Assembly: GCA_963699755.1 (NCBI GenBank) | Contig: CAVOVB010000003.1 | Coordinates: 192,001 to 256,000, forward strand | DNA: 64,000 nucleotides | Source: an uncultured delta proteobacterium | GTDB lineage: Bacteria > Myxococcota_A > Polyangia > Polyangiales > Houyiibacteriaceae | Direction of reading: 5' to 3' | In this document: positions 14,731 to 25,180 of the stretch, piece after piece | Numbering within the stretch: the stretch's first letter is position 1 | How the letters are laid out: the number at the start of each line of letters is the position of its first letter | The notes under the pieces: model-generated | What the model was told of the DNA's origin: nothing | The model's database searches: none | The model's input: the letters and a program-made list of their open reading frames with translations, nothing else | Translations under genes and position numbers: made by a program

Positions 14731-15393
14731 ATGAGATTCGTTCTTACGCTGCTGTTGGTGCTTGGCTTGGCAAGCACCGCTCTGGCGGGCCCCCAGTCGA
14801 CGATCGGCGGGGCCCGTCTGGAGAGCGACATGGCCCACAAGGTCGGAACCGGTTGGCCGAGCACCTCCTACGAGTGGTGGAACAAGGGGAAACGGAAGCT
14901 CGATTGGGCATTGGGCGGTGAGCTCGTTTACGGTCCATGGTCGGGCGCCTGGGACGATCCGCGGATCGCGTTTGCCGCCTACGCGCCTCTGCGCTTCCAT
15001 CTCTGGGAGCACAAACGACCCGCATCGAAGACTGACCTCGGGTTTCGGGTCACGCCGGGGCTCATGATGGGATCGGCCGCGTACAAGACTCCGACCGTGG
15101 TCTCACGGATCGAGCTTGCGGTGCCTGTCAGCGTGGACGTCCATCCCAAGCTGAGCGTGGTCACCGGTGGCGCAATTCCGATCGACCTCGGCTGGGTCAA
15201 AGGAACTGGCTTCGGTGGAACGATCCCTCTACTGGTCCGCTTGGGTGTGGAGGTCAAGGCCGGCAAGAAGACCGCGCCCTTCGTTTTGATGGAGGTCGGG
15301 CCGGGTATCGGTTTCGGACAGGGCCGCTCCGGCGTCGCGCTCGCCGCTCGCATTTGGGCTGGCACGACGTTCTGGTCGGTCACCGGGAAATGA
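14731..15393 (+). CDS. Hypothetical secreted protein, possible small outer-membrane beta-barrel
   Basis: Signal peptide MRFVLTLLLVLGLASTALA; alternating amphipathic strands; aromatic residues near the C-terminus. Confidence 0.6.
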   Translation: MRFVLTLLLVLGLASTALAGPQSTIGGARLESDMAHKVGTGWPSTSYEWWNKGKRKLDWALGGELVYGPWSGAWDDPRIAFAAYAPLRFHLWEHKRPASKTDLGFRVTPGLMMGSAAYKTPTVVSRIELAVPVSVDVHPKLSVVTGGAIPIDLGWVKGTGFGGTIPLLVRLGVEVKAGKKTAPFVLMEVGPGIGFGQGRSGVALAARIWAGTTFWSVTGK

Positions 15394-15455
15394 TCGCTCT
15401 GAGAGAGGGGTGAGAGAACCGAGCCCCCAATCCCGTGCCGCACGCTGTGCCACCT

Positions 15456-17588
15456 CTAGAGGTCGAGCGGGGCTTCGTGCCAAATCGGCGAGGTCCAAGC
15501 GCGTTCGCGGATGACGTCGAAGCGCTTGGTGCCTTCAAAGCTCCCTGGCGAGCCAGTAATGTCGCAACAACCTTCGAAGCCGGCATTGCCGGACTCTACG
15601 GAGAAGATGCCAGCGGCGGCGTCGAGGTCGGCGCACTGGACGCCCTGGCTCACGCAGCGGCGAGTGTTCCATCTACAGGTCGGCTGTTCGAGCACGCGCG
15701 CGTAGTAGTACGCCTCCTCGCTTGGATTGAACTCCGGGTCCTCCCAGACGGCGCAGAGCGTTTCCGGCCGCGCGACCGCGTTGATCGTGCAGTCGGGGTT
15801 TGGTGCGGGGCCGTTCGCCGCGCCTGCGACGGTGATCACCTTGGTCTCCACCTGACCTGACGCGCCGAGCTTGCCTTTGATGATTTGAATCCGCTCGAGC
15901 GGTGCGCTGCCTGCGGCTTGTGCCGCCCAGATTGCGAAACTGGGCGCGCCTGCGCCACCTGCTGACAAGACAGAGCCCATCATCACTGCCTCGACCTCGC
16001 CGTCTTCGACAGGTGTCGCGCCGGCGGAGAGCCTCTCGCAGAAGTCCGATGGAAACGCGCCGAAGCGACCGTAACTGCGAACCTCGATCCGGGGCCCGCT
16101 GGTCGAGTAGCTTCGTTTCGCGCGCAGCGCCTCGAAGATCGCTTCACGCGTGTTTTGCGTGGCCCAGACCGCTGCCAGCCCGCCAGGGTTGTTGGAGAAC
16201 GCGACCGTGCGCTCGAACGCCCGGCCCTCACAGCTCGGGTCGCTCGGGTCCCCGGGCTCACAGGTCCACCGGCCGAGCTGAACCTCGGGGGAATTGTCGA
16301 GCACACCGGCGGCGCCGATGTAGCCATCCTCGCCAACGTCCCCAGGGTTTGCGTTGTGCTGGTCCGTCGCCGCGATGACACCAAACTGGTACGGATTGAT
16401 GCCGACAAGGCCGCGAGCCTTGAGGCCCTCGGCGAGCGCGCCGCGCATGAAGTCGTTGGGGGCCGAGCAGGAGAAGGGGTCCGCCTCTTGCATGGGGTCG
16501 CTGGTGATGGTCTCGCAGATCGTTTCTGCGGGCGGCAGGCAGCGGGGGCTGTCCTGCGGAAGGCCGGTGCAGTACGGCTTGTTGTTCTCGAAGAAGCAGT
16601 CGAGGTCCCGTTCGTCGTTGCCCAGACCATCAAAGCCGAAGCCAGGCATGCACTCCGACTGCCCTTTCAGCTGGTGGATTTCGACGACGACGTCGTTTTT
16701 GGCTCGAAGCTCAGCATCTTCCGGCGTCAGCGGCTGATTGTTGCGCCCCGCAAAGATGCCCTCGGTGCCCACCGGTAAGAACATGCGGCCTGCTCCCAGA
16801 TTGGGGTTGTGCGGAATCGTCAGGTACTCGCAGTTTTCCGTGCTCCCGCACTGCGCTTCGAGATGGTCGAAGAGATCCCATTCGCTCTGGGTGCCGGTGT
16901 ACTGAAAGACGTCGCCCGGCAGCTCGCTGCCGAGGAACAGGACGTTTCGGTGTACGGTCGAGCCGTTGTACAGCGGGCTAAACTCATAGGCTGCGAAGCT
17001 GGTGAACTCGCAGGGCTCGTTCTCGGCCTCGGCGTCCGCGATGATCTGCTGCCAGGCGTCGGCGGTCGGGGCCAGGTTGGGGAACAAACCCAACAACAAG
17101 TCGACGATGTTCATGTTGTTGCCGTTCAGCAGGTCTTCGATGTTGGTCAGAATGAACTGCTCGACGATGCCGCAGGCAGCCTCTGGATCGTCACGACGAC
17201 ACTGCTCGTCGAACAATCCGAGGAACTCGGCGTGGTCGCTGATGGCGGCGAAATCGAGCGGCTGGTCGAGCTGGCGCGTCTCACAGGCCACGTTTCGATC
17301 CTCGCAGGCGACACCGACGGTTCCGCCCTTTGCGAACTGGTAGGCTTCCTGGGTGCCCGCAAGCGAGTTGAACCAGAACGCATCGAGCGAAAGCCGCGTG
17401 TGTACGTGTGTTTCTCCCCAGAGCAGGCGCATCCCTTGGTCGAAGTCATCGCAGATCACCGGGGGGCGGCCACCGACGCCACCCGTGCCAGCGGTGCCTC
17501 CGCCGCCATTCGACCCGCTGCTGCATCCAACCCAAAAGAGGCCAAAGGCGCAGGCGAACATCCATCGCTTTCTCGTCAGAAGATCCAT
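15456..17588 (-). CDS. DUF3604-family lipoprotein (PHP-like metallohydrolase fold)
   Basis: WGETHVHTRLSLDA, LDFAAISDHAE, HRNV, IPHNPN, EIHQLKGQSEC, TDQHNA, ERAWTSPIW; lipobox WVGC. Confidence 0.85.
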   Translation of the reverse strand: MDLLTRKRWMFACAFGLFWVGCSSGSNGGGGTAGTGGVGGRPPVICDDFDQGMRLLWGETHVHTRLSLDAFWFNSLAGTQEAYQFAKGGTVGVACEDRNVACETRQLDQPLDFAAISDHAEFLGLFDEQCRRDDPEAACGIVEQFILTNIEDLLNGNNMNIVDLLLGLFPNLAPTADAWQQIIADAEAENEPCEFTSFAAYEFSPLYNGSTVHRNVLFLGSELPGDVFQYTGTQSEWDLFDHLEAQCGSTENCEYLTIPHNPNLGAGRMFLPVGTEGIFAGRNNQPLTPEDAELRAKNDVVVEIHQLKGQSECMPGFGFDGLGNDERDLDCFFENNKPYCTGLPQDSPRCLPPAETICETITSDPMQEADPFSCSAPNDFMRGALAEGLKARGLVGINPYQFGVIAATDQHNANPGDVGEDGYIGAAGVLDNSPEVQLGRWTCEPGDPSDPSCEGRAFERTVAFSNNPGGLAAVWATQNTREAIFEALRAKRSYSTSGPRIEVRSYGRFGAFPSDFCERLSAGATPVEDGEVEAVMMGSVLSAGGAGAPSFAIWAAQAAGSAPLERIQIIKGKLGASGQVETKVITVAGAANGPAPNPDCTINAVARPETLCAVWEDPEFNPSEEAYYYARVLEQPTCRWNTRRCVSQGVQCADLDAAAGIFSVESGNAGFEGCCDITGSPGSFEGTKRFDVIRERAWTSPIWHEAPLDL

Positions 17589-18616
17589 CCCAGGCTCCGT
17601 TCGAAGCACCAATAAGCCGTCACCGTGCCGATACCATAGATCAGGAGCCGATTGAAAGCGGGGTGCGGCCCAGCCCCCGGCTGATGCCCTCCTACAAGCG
17701 CACCTGCGAGGAGCATCCATGCGCCGGCGGCCAGCACCACCAGCAGTTGTCCGGCTTCGACGCCGAGATTGAAGAGCAGAAGCGGCATGGCGATGCCCCC
17801 GGCCGGCAGCCCGATCTCCCGGAGCGCGCCAGCGAAGCCGAATCCGTGCAGAAGCCCGAACGCAAAGGCGATCAGCCATGGAAATCGCATCGTCAGCGTG
17901 GAGCGGTCATCGCGGGCGAGCTCCACGGCCACGAGCAAGACGCTCAGCGCAATGGCAAGCTCCGTGGGGGTCGTAGGAAGTCTCAACAGGTCGAGGGTCG
18001 CCGCCGCCAAGGTGAGACTGTGACCAATCGTGAATGCCGTGACCGTCGCCAAGAGCGTCTTGGCCAAAGCACGAGCACCCTCGGACGCGCGCGTGCGCCA
18101 GACGATGAGCAGAAGAGCGATCACGAAGAACAAATGATCGAAGCCGGAGAGGATGTGCTCGATGCCGAGTGGGAAGTAGCTCGCGTTGTTCTCGAGGCCT
18201 GCGCGTTCTCGGACTCCGAGCCTCGTCGTCGCCGTTCCTCGGCGCACAATGGTGTTCCAGTCAGGAGCGTCGGGCGACCGAAGCTCGACGAACGCCTCGC
18301 CGAGGACGGCGTCGAGGCCGAGCAACTCGATTTCCATGCCTCTGACCGGCTGCGCACAGCGAATCGCCCAACGTTCGACGAGGCCTTCGTTACGATTGAA
18401 GCTCTTCGGTGCGGAGGTCTCCTCGCATCCGTCGGCAAAGCGGACACGCAGGTCGGGGCTCTTGCCCTCCGTTCTGGGGATCTTGACCAAGACGTCTGCT
18501 TGGTAGCCGTCGCTGGTCTCCACGCTGACGAACGCTGCCGCGAGACCGTGTGCGCTCACCTCGGTGCTGGCGGTCAGGAGGAGGAGGGCGACGAGCGCGC
18601 AGCGCCTCCGCCTCAT
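17576..18616 (-). CDS. HupE/UreJ family membrane protein with N-terminal periplasmic domain
   Basis: GIEHILSGFDHLFFV, TAFTIGHSLTL, FGLLHGFGFA, FNLGVEAGQ. Confidence 0.9.
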   Translation of the reverse strand: MRRRRCALVALLLLTASTEVSAHGLAAAFVSVETSDGYQADVLVKIPRTEGKSPDLRVRFADGCEETSAPKSFNRNEGLVERWAIRCAQPVRGMEIELLGLDAVLGEAFVELRSPDAPDWNTIVRRGTATTRLGVRERAGLENNASYFPLGIEHILSGFDHLFFVIALLLIVWRTRASEGARALAKTLLATVTAFTIGHSLTLAAATLDLLRLPTTPTELAIALSVLLVAVELARDDRSTLTMRFPWLIAFAFGLLHGFGFAGALREIGLPAGGIAMPLLLFNLGVEAGQLLVVLAAGAWMLLAGALVGGHQPGAGPHPAFNRLLIYGIGTVTAYWCFERSLGWIF

Positions 18617-19419
18617 CGTGAGCTCTCGCCGGAATAGCGGGCGCGTAGCTTCGCAATTGCTTCTTCGTTACGGCGGGCGCGCTCCGCATCGATCCAATCG
18701 TCCTCGACCTTCTTACGTACCTCTTCGAGCTCAGGAGCGGCCGGCGCCACTCGATCGCTGACGAACACCAGGTGAAGCCCGTAAGAGGACTGGACCGGAC
18801 CCGACCAGCGCCCGAGCGGAACCTCTTCCAGGGCTTGTGCGAACCCTGCGCCGAACGCGCGGCGTAGCTCGGCAGCGGTGGCTCCCACGAATCTACGGCC
18901 GCGGAAAAACGGGTCGCTGTCTACTATGGTGTTCGGATCGCGTTCGAGCGCGTCCAAGGCGGCCCGCGCATCGGTCGAGAGCGCCGCGCCCCGTTTGCCA
19001 CGACTAAAGAAGAGCTGCGTGAAGCTGGTCTCCGCCGGCTCTGCGAGCTCGTCTGCGTGCTGCTCAAACCATCTCTGTAGTTGAGCGTCACTTGGTGGGT
19101 CGATTCTCTCGGTGTCTTCGAGCAGGAATCGCATCCGTTGCACCAGGCGCCGACGTACGATCGTGTCGTTCTGGTCGAGCCCGAGCTCGATGGCGCGTCG
19201 ATACAAGACCTCGTCTTCGACCCAGTCCTCGGTCAGCACCGCTTCTCGCTCCTTGGAGGGCCAGGCGCCCTTGGCAGCGAACCAGTCCTCGCGCAGCTGC
19301 TCGATTGGCGCGTCTTCCGCAGAGATCACCCGCGACGGCGCCGCTCCAAACAAGAAGTGGTGAGCGAGGAACGCGAGTCCCCCCAAGACGACGAAGTGCA
19401 GAAGTGGTTCGCGCAGCAT
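18613..19419 (-). CDS. PpiC-type peptidyl-prolyl isomerase family protein
   Basis: MLREPLLHF, EVLYRRAIELGLD-D-IVRRRLVQRM, WSGPVQSSYGLHLV. Confidence 0.88.
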   Translation of the reverse strand: MLREPLLHFVVLGGLAFLAHHFLFGAAPSRVISAEDAPIEQLREDWFAAKGAWPSKEREAVLTEDWVEDEVLYRRAIELGLDQNDTIVRRRLVQRMRFLLEDTERIDPPSDAQLQRWFEQHADELAEPAETSFTQLFFSRGKRGAALSTDARAALDALERDPNTIVDSDPFFRGRRFVGATAAELRRAFGAGFAQALEEVPLGRWSGPVQSSYGLHLVFVSDRVAPAAPELEEVRKKVEDDWIDAERARRNEEAIAKLRARYSGESSR

Positions 19420-19429
19420 CGGAGGGCAG

Positions 19430-20140
19430 CTACTCGACGAGCTCCATGATGAGCTCGGGCGCCCCAGGCGGCCCATACGGGCCCTCGAAGCGCAGTATCC
19501 GATTGGGTGTTTCACGTTCGAACCAGAGGTGGTACTGGGGCATCAGCGGCTTGGCGAGTCGCGCGACCGTCGAGCCCACGCGAACGAAGTCGTTGAGGTC
19601 AGGGTAGAGAACTAGCTCGATCGCCTTCCTCGGGCCGCCCGGAAGGTCCAGCGTCGTGTCACCCTTGGTCTCGACGTAGACGCGCGAAACGAAGCGGTCG
19701 TTGATCCAGGAGTAGAATGCCCGCGTGCGCTGTGCGGACGGCCAGCCGAGCATCAGCGGCAGCAAGACCTCGGGGTAGGTGTTGGGTGCAACTCCGAGGT
19801 TTGCATCGAAGCTCACGTCTTCGTGCCGACCCTGCCGGCCTTCGGTGTCGTGCATCGTGCGCATGAGACGCTCGCTTTGGAGCCCCGCAGCCGTCTTCCG
19901 CAGAATGAAGCTTTCCTCGATGGTCCCCGCAGCGACTTCGTACTTGGTCGCGAGCTCGATGCGCTCGGCGCCGGCGTTGCGAAACGTCAAGCTGCCTTTC
20001 GAGCCCGGGACGAGCAGATTGTTCGCGTCGAGGATCGTGTGGAAGGCTCTCTTCGGGCGGGGCTTGAGACGATATTGGCTCGTGATGTCGAAGCCCTCGG
20101 GCGGCAGTGGGAGCAGTGCATCGAGCGTCATTTGTCGCAT
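19430..20140 (-). CDS. Hypothetical protein
   Basis: ~235-aa ORF co-oriented with and 10 nt upstream of the PPIase gene; no family recognised; start uncertain. Confidence 0.6.
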   Translation of the reverse strand: MRQMTLDALLPLPPEGFDITSQYRLKPRPKRAFHTILDANNLLVPGSKGSLTFRNAGAERIELATKYEVAAGTIEESFILRKTAAGLQSERLMRTMHDTEGRQGRHEDVSFDANLGVAPNTYPEVLLPLMLGWPSAQRTRAFYSWINDRFVSRVYVETKGDTTLDLPGGPRKAIELVLYPDLNDFVRVGSTVARLAKPLMPQYHLWFERETPNRILRFEGPYGPPGAPELIMELVE

Positions 20141-20222
20141 ACCCTCCAATACACCGCGGCGCGAGGCAAGGGGACGGGCGATTTACATTGGAAGGGTCTT
20201 CCCTTAGGTTCGCCGGAACGTC

Positions 20223-20636
20223 ATGGATTCCAAGCTCATCTTCTGGCCCGTAGTCGTGCAGATCCTGCTGACAGCATACCTGTACATTCGCCTCAAGAAT
20301 GTGAAGACTGAGGCCGTCAAAGTAGGGGGCGTCGACCGACAGAAGGCCGCGCTCGACCCGGATGCTTGGCCCGACTCCGTAAAGAAGGTCAACAACAACA
20401 TCCGCAATCAGTTTGAAGTCCCCGTTCTCTTTTACGTGCTGACCATCGTCCTTTACGTTTTGGGCGCGGTGAACCCGGTCACACTCGGCTTGGCCTGCTT
20501 GTTCGTCCTGAGCCGTCTCGTTCACGCTTACATTCACACAGGATCCAACATCGTGAAGTACCGTCTCAGGGCGTTCACGGTCGGGCTGTTGGCAGTGCTC
20601 GGCATGCTCGGGGCGACGATTTACGCGCTGGTGTAG
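20223..20636 (+). CDS. MAPEG family membrane protein
   Basis: NNIRNQFEVPVLFY, SRLVHAYIH, four TM segments. Confidence 0.85.
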   Translation: MDSKLIFWPVVVQILLTAYLYIRLKNVKTEAVKVGGVDRQKAALDPDAWPDSVKKVNNNIRNQFEVPVLFYVLTIVLYVLGAVNPVTLGLACLFVLSRLVHAYIHTGSNIVKYRLRAFTVGLLAVLGMLGATIYALV

Positions 20637-20641
20637 CGGCG

Positions 20642-23245
20642 ATGCACGAGCGAATTCATCGGAAGGACTATCGCCCATCGGCGTTCCTGGTCGATACGAT
20701 CGATCTTTGTTTCGAGCTCGACCCGGCCGAGACGATTGTTCGAGCGAAGATGCGGCTTCGGAGCAATCCGAACGCGCAGCTGGCCGGCGAGGGCCTGCTC
20801 CTCCACGGTGACGAGCTGGAGCTCCGCTCGCTGCGGCTCGATGGGGTGCCCCTCGACCCCAGCAGCTTCGAAGTCGATCCTCGGAGCCTACGCATCGACA
20901 ATGTCCCCGAGCGCTTCGAGCTCGAAACCGAGGTTGCGATTCACCCGGCGGCGAACACGAAGCTCATGGGTCTGTACACATCGAGCGGAGCGTTTTGTAC
21001 GCAGTGCGAGGCGGAGGGTTTTCGCCGCATCACCTATTACGTGGATAGGCCCGACGTGATGGCCCGGTTCACCGCCCGCATCGAAGCGGACCGGGCGGCG
21101 TATCCCATCCTGCTTTCGAACGGGAACCGGGTCGGGCAGGGTGAGCTCTCGAACGGCCGCCACTTCGTTCAATGGCAGGACCCCTTCCCGAAGCCCAGCT
21201 ATCTTTTCGCCCTGGTGGCAGGGGATCTGCACTGTCATCGCGGTTCGTTCACGACCGCATCGGGACGAGAGGTCGCGCTCGAGATCTGGGTAGAGCCGGC
21301 AAATGCCGACAAGTGCGAGCACGCGCTCCGTTCGCTTCAGGCGGCAATGAAGTGGGACGAGGACCGGTACGGCCTCGAGTACGACCTCGACCTCTACATG
21401 ATCGTCGCGGTGGACGACTTCAACATGGGCGCCATGGAGAACAAGGGCCTCAACATCTTCAACTCGAAGTTCGTGTTGGCCAAGCCATCGACCGCGACCG
21501 ATGACGACTACGAAGGGATCGAAAGCGTCGTTGCGCACGAGTACTTCCACAATTGGACTGGCAATCGGGTGACCTGCCGGGACTGGTTCCAGCTCACCCT
21601 CAAGGAAGGGCTCACCGTCTTTCGTGACCAGGAGTTCTCGGCGGATATGACCTCGCAGCCGGTGCAACGCATCAAGGATGTGACCCGGCTCCGGACAGCT
21701 CAGTTTGCGGAGGACGCCGGCCCGCTCGCCCACCCGATCCGTCCGGAGTCCTACGTCGAGATGAGCAACTTCTACACCGCCACGGTGTACGAAAAGGGTG
21801 CGGAGGTGGTGCGCCTCTACCAAACGCTTCTCGGGAGGGAAGGGTTTCGAAAGGGCCTTCGACACTATCTCGAAACACACGACGGCTCTGCGGTGACCTG
21901 TGATGATTTTCGCCAGGCGATGGCCGAGGCGAACGGCGCGGACTTGAGCCAGCTCGAGCGCTGGTATTCGCAGGCAGGCACCCCCGTCGTTCGAGCGAGC
22001 GGCGTCTGGAAGGAGTCAGCGGGCGCCTATGAGCTCACCCTAGCGCAGTCGCAGCGCGTCTTTGCGGACGAAGGCGAGCCCCGGCCATTGCCGATTCCGA
22101 TACGCGTCGGCTTGCTGGGTGCGGCCGGAGACGACCTCCCCGGCACGGCGCGCATCCTCGAGCTCCGCGAGGAAGAGCAGACCTTCCGCTTCGAGAACGT
22201 GCGCGAGCGACCTGTTCCCTCCATCGCTCGCGGCTTCTCGGCGCCGATCAAGGTCGAAACCGACCAGAGCCTCGAGGAGCTCTCCTTCCTGATGGCGCAC
22301 GACTCCGATCCGTTCAACCGCTGGGAAGCGGGCCAGACCTTGGCCAAGCGCGTTCTGCTCGGCTTGGTGGAGCGAGTCCTCGACGAGCAGGCGCTCGAGC
22401 TCGACGATTTGCTCGTCGCTGCGTTTCGAAAGGTCTTGTCCGACACGAGCCTCGATGGCTCGATCAAGGCGCTGACGCTGACGCTTCCTTCCGAAGAGTT
22501 GCTGTCCCAGGAGTTGAGCCGCGTCGATCCGGATGCCGTTCATCGCGCGCGCCGGTTCGTGGTCCAGCAGCTCGGCGCTGCGCTTCGCCAGGAATGGCTG
22601 AGCACATACCTGCAGAACGCACGAGGGAGTGACGCGATCGACAAAGCGCAGATCGATCGCCGCCGGATCAAGAATCGCGCCCTGCGCTACCTCGTTGCGC
22701 TCGAAGAGCCCGAGACGATGACCCTCGCCGTCGAGCAGTTCGAAGCCGCGACGGGCATGACCGACTACGAGGCCGCGTTCGTCTGCCTCCTCGGCCTCGA
22801 CTCAGCCGAGACGAGCCGCGCCACCGCAGAGTTTTACGAACGATGGCGCGGCGAGCCGCTGGTCTTGGACAAGTGGTTCCGGATGCAGGCGATGTCGAGC
22901 TCCCCCGCTACGTTCGACCGAGTCCGTGCGCTGTCCAAGCATCCCGACTTCAACATGGCAAATCCAAACCGCGCCCGCTCCTTGCTCCACGCATTTGCGA
23001 CGGGTAACCCGGTGGCGTTCCATAGGGCTGATGGCCAAGCGTACCGGTTCATCGCCGACAAAGTCATCGAGCTCGACGGGATCAATCCCCAAGTCGCTTC
23101 CCGCATCGTGTCGAGCTTCAACCAGTGGCGACGCTACGAGCCTGGTCGGAGCGGCTTGATGAAAGCCGAGCTCGAACGCATTGCGGGGCAGCCCGGAATC
23201 TCCGACGATGTCTCGGAGATCGTCGAACGCGCCTTGGAGAGATAG
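20642..23245 (+). CDS. pepN: Aminopeptidase N (M1 family)
   Basis: TQCEAEGFRRIT, GAMENKGLN, HEYFH-x18-E, NFYTATVYEKGAEV, NPNRARSL. Confidence 0.96.
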   Translation: MHERIHRKDYRPSAFLVDTIDLCFELDPAETIVRAKMRLRSNPNAQLAGEGLLLHGDELELRSLRLDGVPLDPSSFEVDPRSLRIDNVPERFELETEVAIHPAANTKLMGLYTSSGAFCTQCEAEGFRRITYYVDRPDVMARFTARIEADRAAYPILLSNGNRVGQGELSNGRHFVQWQDPFPKPSYLFALVAGDLHCHRGSFTTASGREVALEIWVEPANADKCEHALRSLQAAMKWDEDRYGLEYDLDLYMIVAVDDFNMGAMENKGLNIFNSKFVLAKPSTATDDDYEGIESVVAHEYFHNWTGNRVTCRDWFQLTLKEGLTVFRDQEFSADMTSQPVQRIKDVTRLRTAQFAEDAGPLAHPIRPESYVEMSNFYTATVYEKGAEVVRLYQTLLGREGFRKGLRHYLETHDGSAVTCDDFRQAMAEANGADLSQLERWYSQAGTPVVRASGVWKESAGAYELTLAQSQRVFADEGEPRPLPIPIRVGLLGAAGDDLPGTARILELREEEQTFRFENVRERPVPSIARGFSAPIKVETDQSLEELSFLMAHDSDPFNRWEAGQTLAKRVLLGLVERVLDEQALELDDLLVAAFRKVLSDTSLDGSIKALTLTLPSEELLSQELSRVDPDAVHRARRFVVQQLGAALRQEWLSTYLQNARGSDAIDKAQIDRRRIKNRALRYLVALEEPETMTLAVEQFEAATGMTDYEAAFVCLLGLDSAETSRATAEFYERWRGEPLVLDKWFRMQAMSSSPATFDRVRALSKHPDFNMANPNRARSLLHAFATGNPVAFHRADGQAYRFIADKVIELDGINPQVASRIVSSFNQWRRYEPGRSGLMKAELERIAGQPGISDDVSEIVERALER

Positions 23246-23250
23246 CGAGC

Positions 23251-25179
23251 ATGTCGTCCGATTCCATGATTGTGACCGTGGCCAACCGGCTGGCCAAGCA
23301 TCCTCCTTTCGACCGACTCGAGCGCGAGCTCCTCGAGCGAATCGCGAAGGGAGTTCGAATTCGATACTTGGAACCCGGCGAAATCGTCTTCCAGCAGGGC
23401 GGCACGGCGAGCCCCGAATTTTACGTCGTGGTGAAAGGCGAAGTCCAGGTGAGTCAGCTGGTCAACGGCGAGGAGGTCCTGGTCGATGTCTGCGACGATG
23501 GCGACATCTTCGGGGTTCGTGCGCTGCTCGGAGATCGACAGTACGGCGCCACGACGCAGGCCAAGGACGACACCCTCGTCTATGTGCTCTCGAAGGACCA
23601 ACTCGATCAGCTCCTGGCCGAGGCTCCCCGGGTCGCGTTGTTCTTTGCCGCCAACTTCGCAGCCGACGTGCCGCAGCTCGGAGATACGAACCGCCTAGTG
23701 GCGGTGCGGGCTGCCAGACGACACGAGCGGGCCGCAGAGACAGGGGACGACGTGCGTCGCGTGGACCCGGTGCGAGACGTTCTGACATGCGATGCCAAGA
23801 CGACGATCCGCGATGCCGCTTCGATGATGAGCGAACGCAATGTCGGCTCGATTCTGATCGTCGACGAGGGCCGGCTGCCGCTTGGCATCGTGACCGATTC
23901 CGACCTTCGGTCGAAGGTCGTCGGTCAGGGACGAGACGTTTCGGATCTCATCTCCGAAATCATGAGCGCACCGGTGCTCACGGTCGACGAGCAGACCACT
24001 TTGTCGATGCTCATCGCGACCGTCATGAAAAAGCACCTTCACCATTTTGCCGTGACCGAGGACGGCACTCCTCAAACCCCGGTCATCGGCATCGTCTCCG
24101 AACACGACATCCTCAAGACGCAGGGCAGTCATCCCACGGTGATTCTCAGCGAAATCTCGCGGGCCAAGACCAAGGAGCGACTGAGGGCGCTCCGCGACCA
24201 AGCCGAGGAGCTCCTGCGCCAATACCTCCAAGACGAGGTCGGGATGGGGTTTCTCTCCAACATGATTTCGGAGATCAACGACACGCTGATCCGGCAGGCG
24301 ATTCGATTGTCGCTCCAAGAGCTTGCCGGTCGAGGCATGGAGCCCCCGGTGCCGTTTTGCTGGCTGGCACTCGGCAGTGAAGGGCGGGAAGAGCAGCTTC
24401 TGCGGACCGATCAGGACAACGCCATTCTGTACGCCGACCCTGGTGAAGACGAAGGGGTCGCGGAGCGCTTCTTTCTAGAGCTCGGTCAGCTGGTGGTCGA
24501 CATTCTCGTAGAAGCGGGTTTCAAGCGTTGCCCGGGCGACATCATGGCCAGCAACCCCAAGTGGAATCAGCCTCTTGCTTCGTGGAAGCGCTGCTTCTCG
24601 GGCTGGATTCACGAGCCGGAGCAGATCGCGGTCATGCACACCAACATCTTTTTCGACTTTCGCCCCGTGTACGGGGAGCAGTCCCTCGCGGCCGAGCTCA
24701 AGGGTCATATCTTCGAAAGCATCAAGGTCGACCGATCGTTTTTGTCGTTCTTTGCGTTGAATGCCACCCGTAATCCGCCGCCGCTAAGCTTCTTTCGCAA
24801 CATGATCGTCGAGCGCAGTGGCGAGCATCGCGACGCGTTCGACATCAAGGCCCGTGCGATGATGCCGCTCGCGGACGCAGCCCGGGTCCTCATCTACGAT
24901 CTCGGCATCGACATCTATGGCAGCACCGCGGAGCGCTGGCAGCGGATTGGGGAGACCCACGAGAATTTGGCGCGCCTCGCGAGTGAAGCAGGAATGGCTT
25001 ACGAGATTCTGATGCGAATTCGGGCTCTCGAAGGACTCAGTCGGGGCACCTCGGGCCGGTACGTACACATCAACGAGCTCAACAAGCTCGAGCGCCAAAC
25101 GCTTCGGAATACATTTTCGGTTGTCAAAGACGTGCAGTTGATGTTGACGTCGCGATACCGAACCGATTTCATTCGCTGA
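23251..25179 (+). CDS. cNMP-binding/CBS/DUF294 nucleotidyltransferase-like protein
   Basis: cNMP domain (GDIFG), CBS pair, GSEGREEQ...TDQDNA NTase motif, IFFDFR, FDIK. Confidence 0.9.
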   Translation: MSSDSMIVTVANRLAKHPPFDRLERELLERIAKGVRIRYLEPGEIVFQQGGTASPEFYVVVKGEVQVSQLVNGEEVLVDVCDDGDIFGVRALLGDRQYGATTQAKDDTLVYVLSKDQLDQLLAEAPRVALFFAANFAADVPQLGDTNRLVAVRAARRHERAAETGDDVRRVDPVRDVLTCDAKTTIRDAASMMSERNVGSILIVDEGRLPLGIVTDSDLRSKVVGQGRDVSDLISEIMSAPVLTVDEQTTLSMLIATVMKKHLHHFAVTEDGTPQTPVIGIVSEHDILKTQGSHPTVILSEISRAKTKERLRALRDQAEELLRQYLQDEVGMGFLSNMISEINDTLIRQAIRLSLQELAGRGMEPPVPFCWLALGSEGREEQLLRTDQDNAILYADPGEDEGVAERFFLELGQLVVDILVEAGFKRCPGDIMASNPKWNQPLASWKRCFSGWIHEPEQIAVMHTNIFFDFRPVYGEQSLAAELKGHIFESIKVDRSFLSFFALNATRNPPPLSFFRNMIVERSGEHRDAFDIKARAMMPLADAARVLIYDLGIDIYGSTAERWQRIGETHENLARLASEAGMAYEILMRIRALEGLSRGTSGRYVHINELNKLERQTLRNTFSVVKDVQLMLTSRYRTDFIR

Positions 25180-25180
25180 G

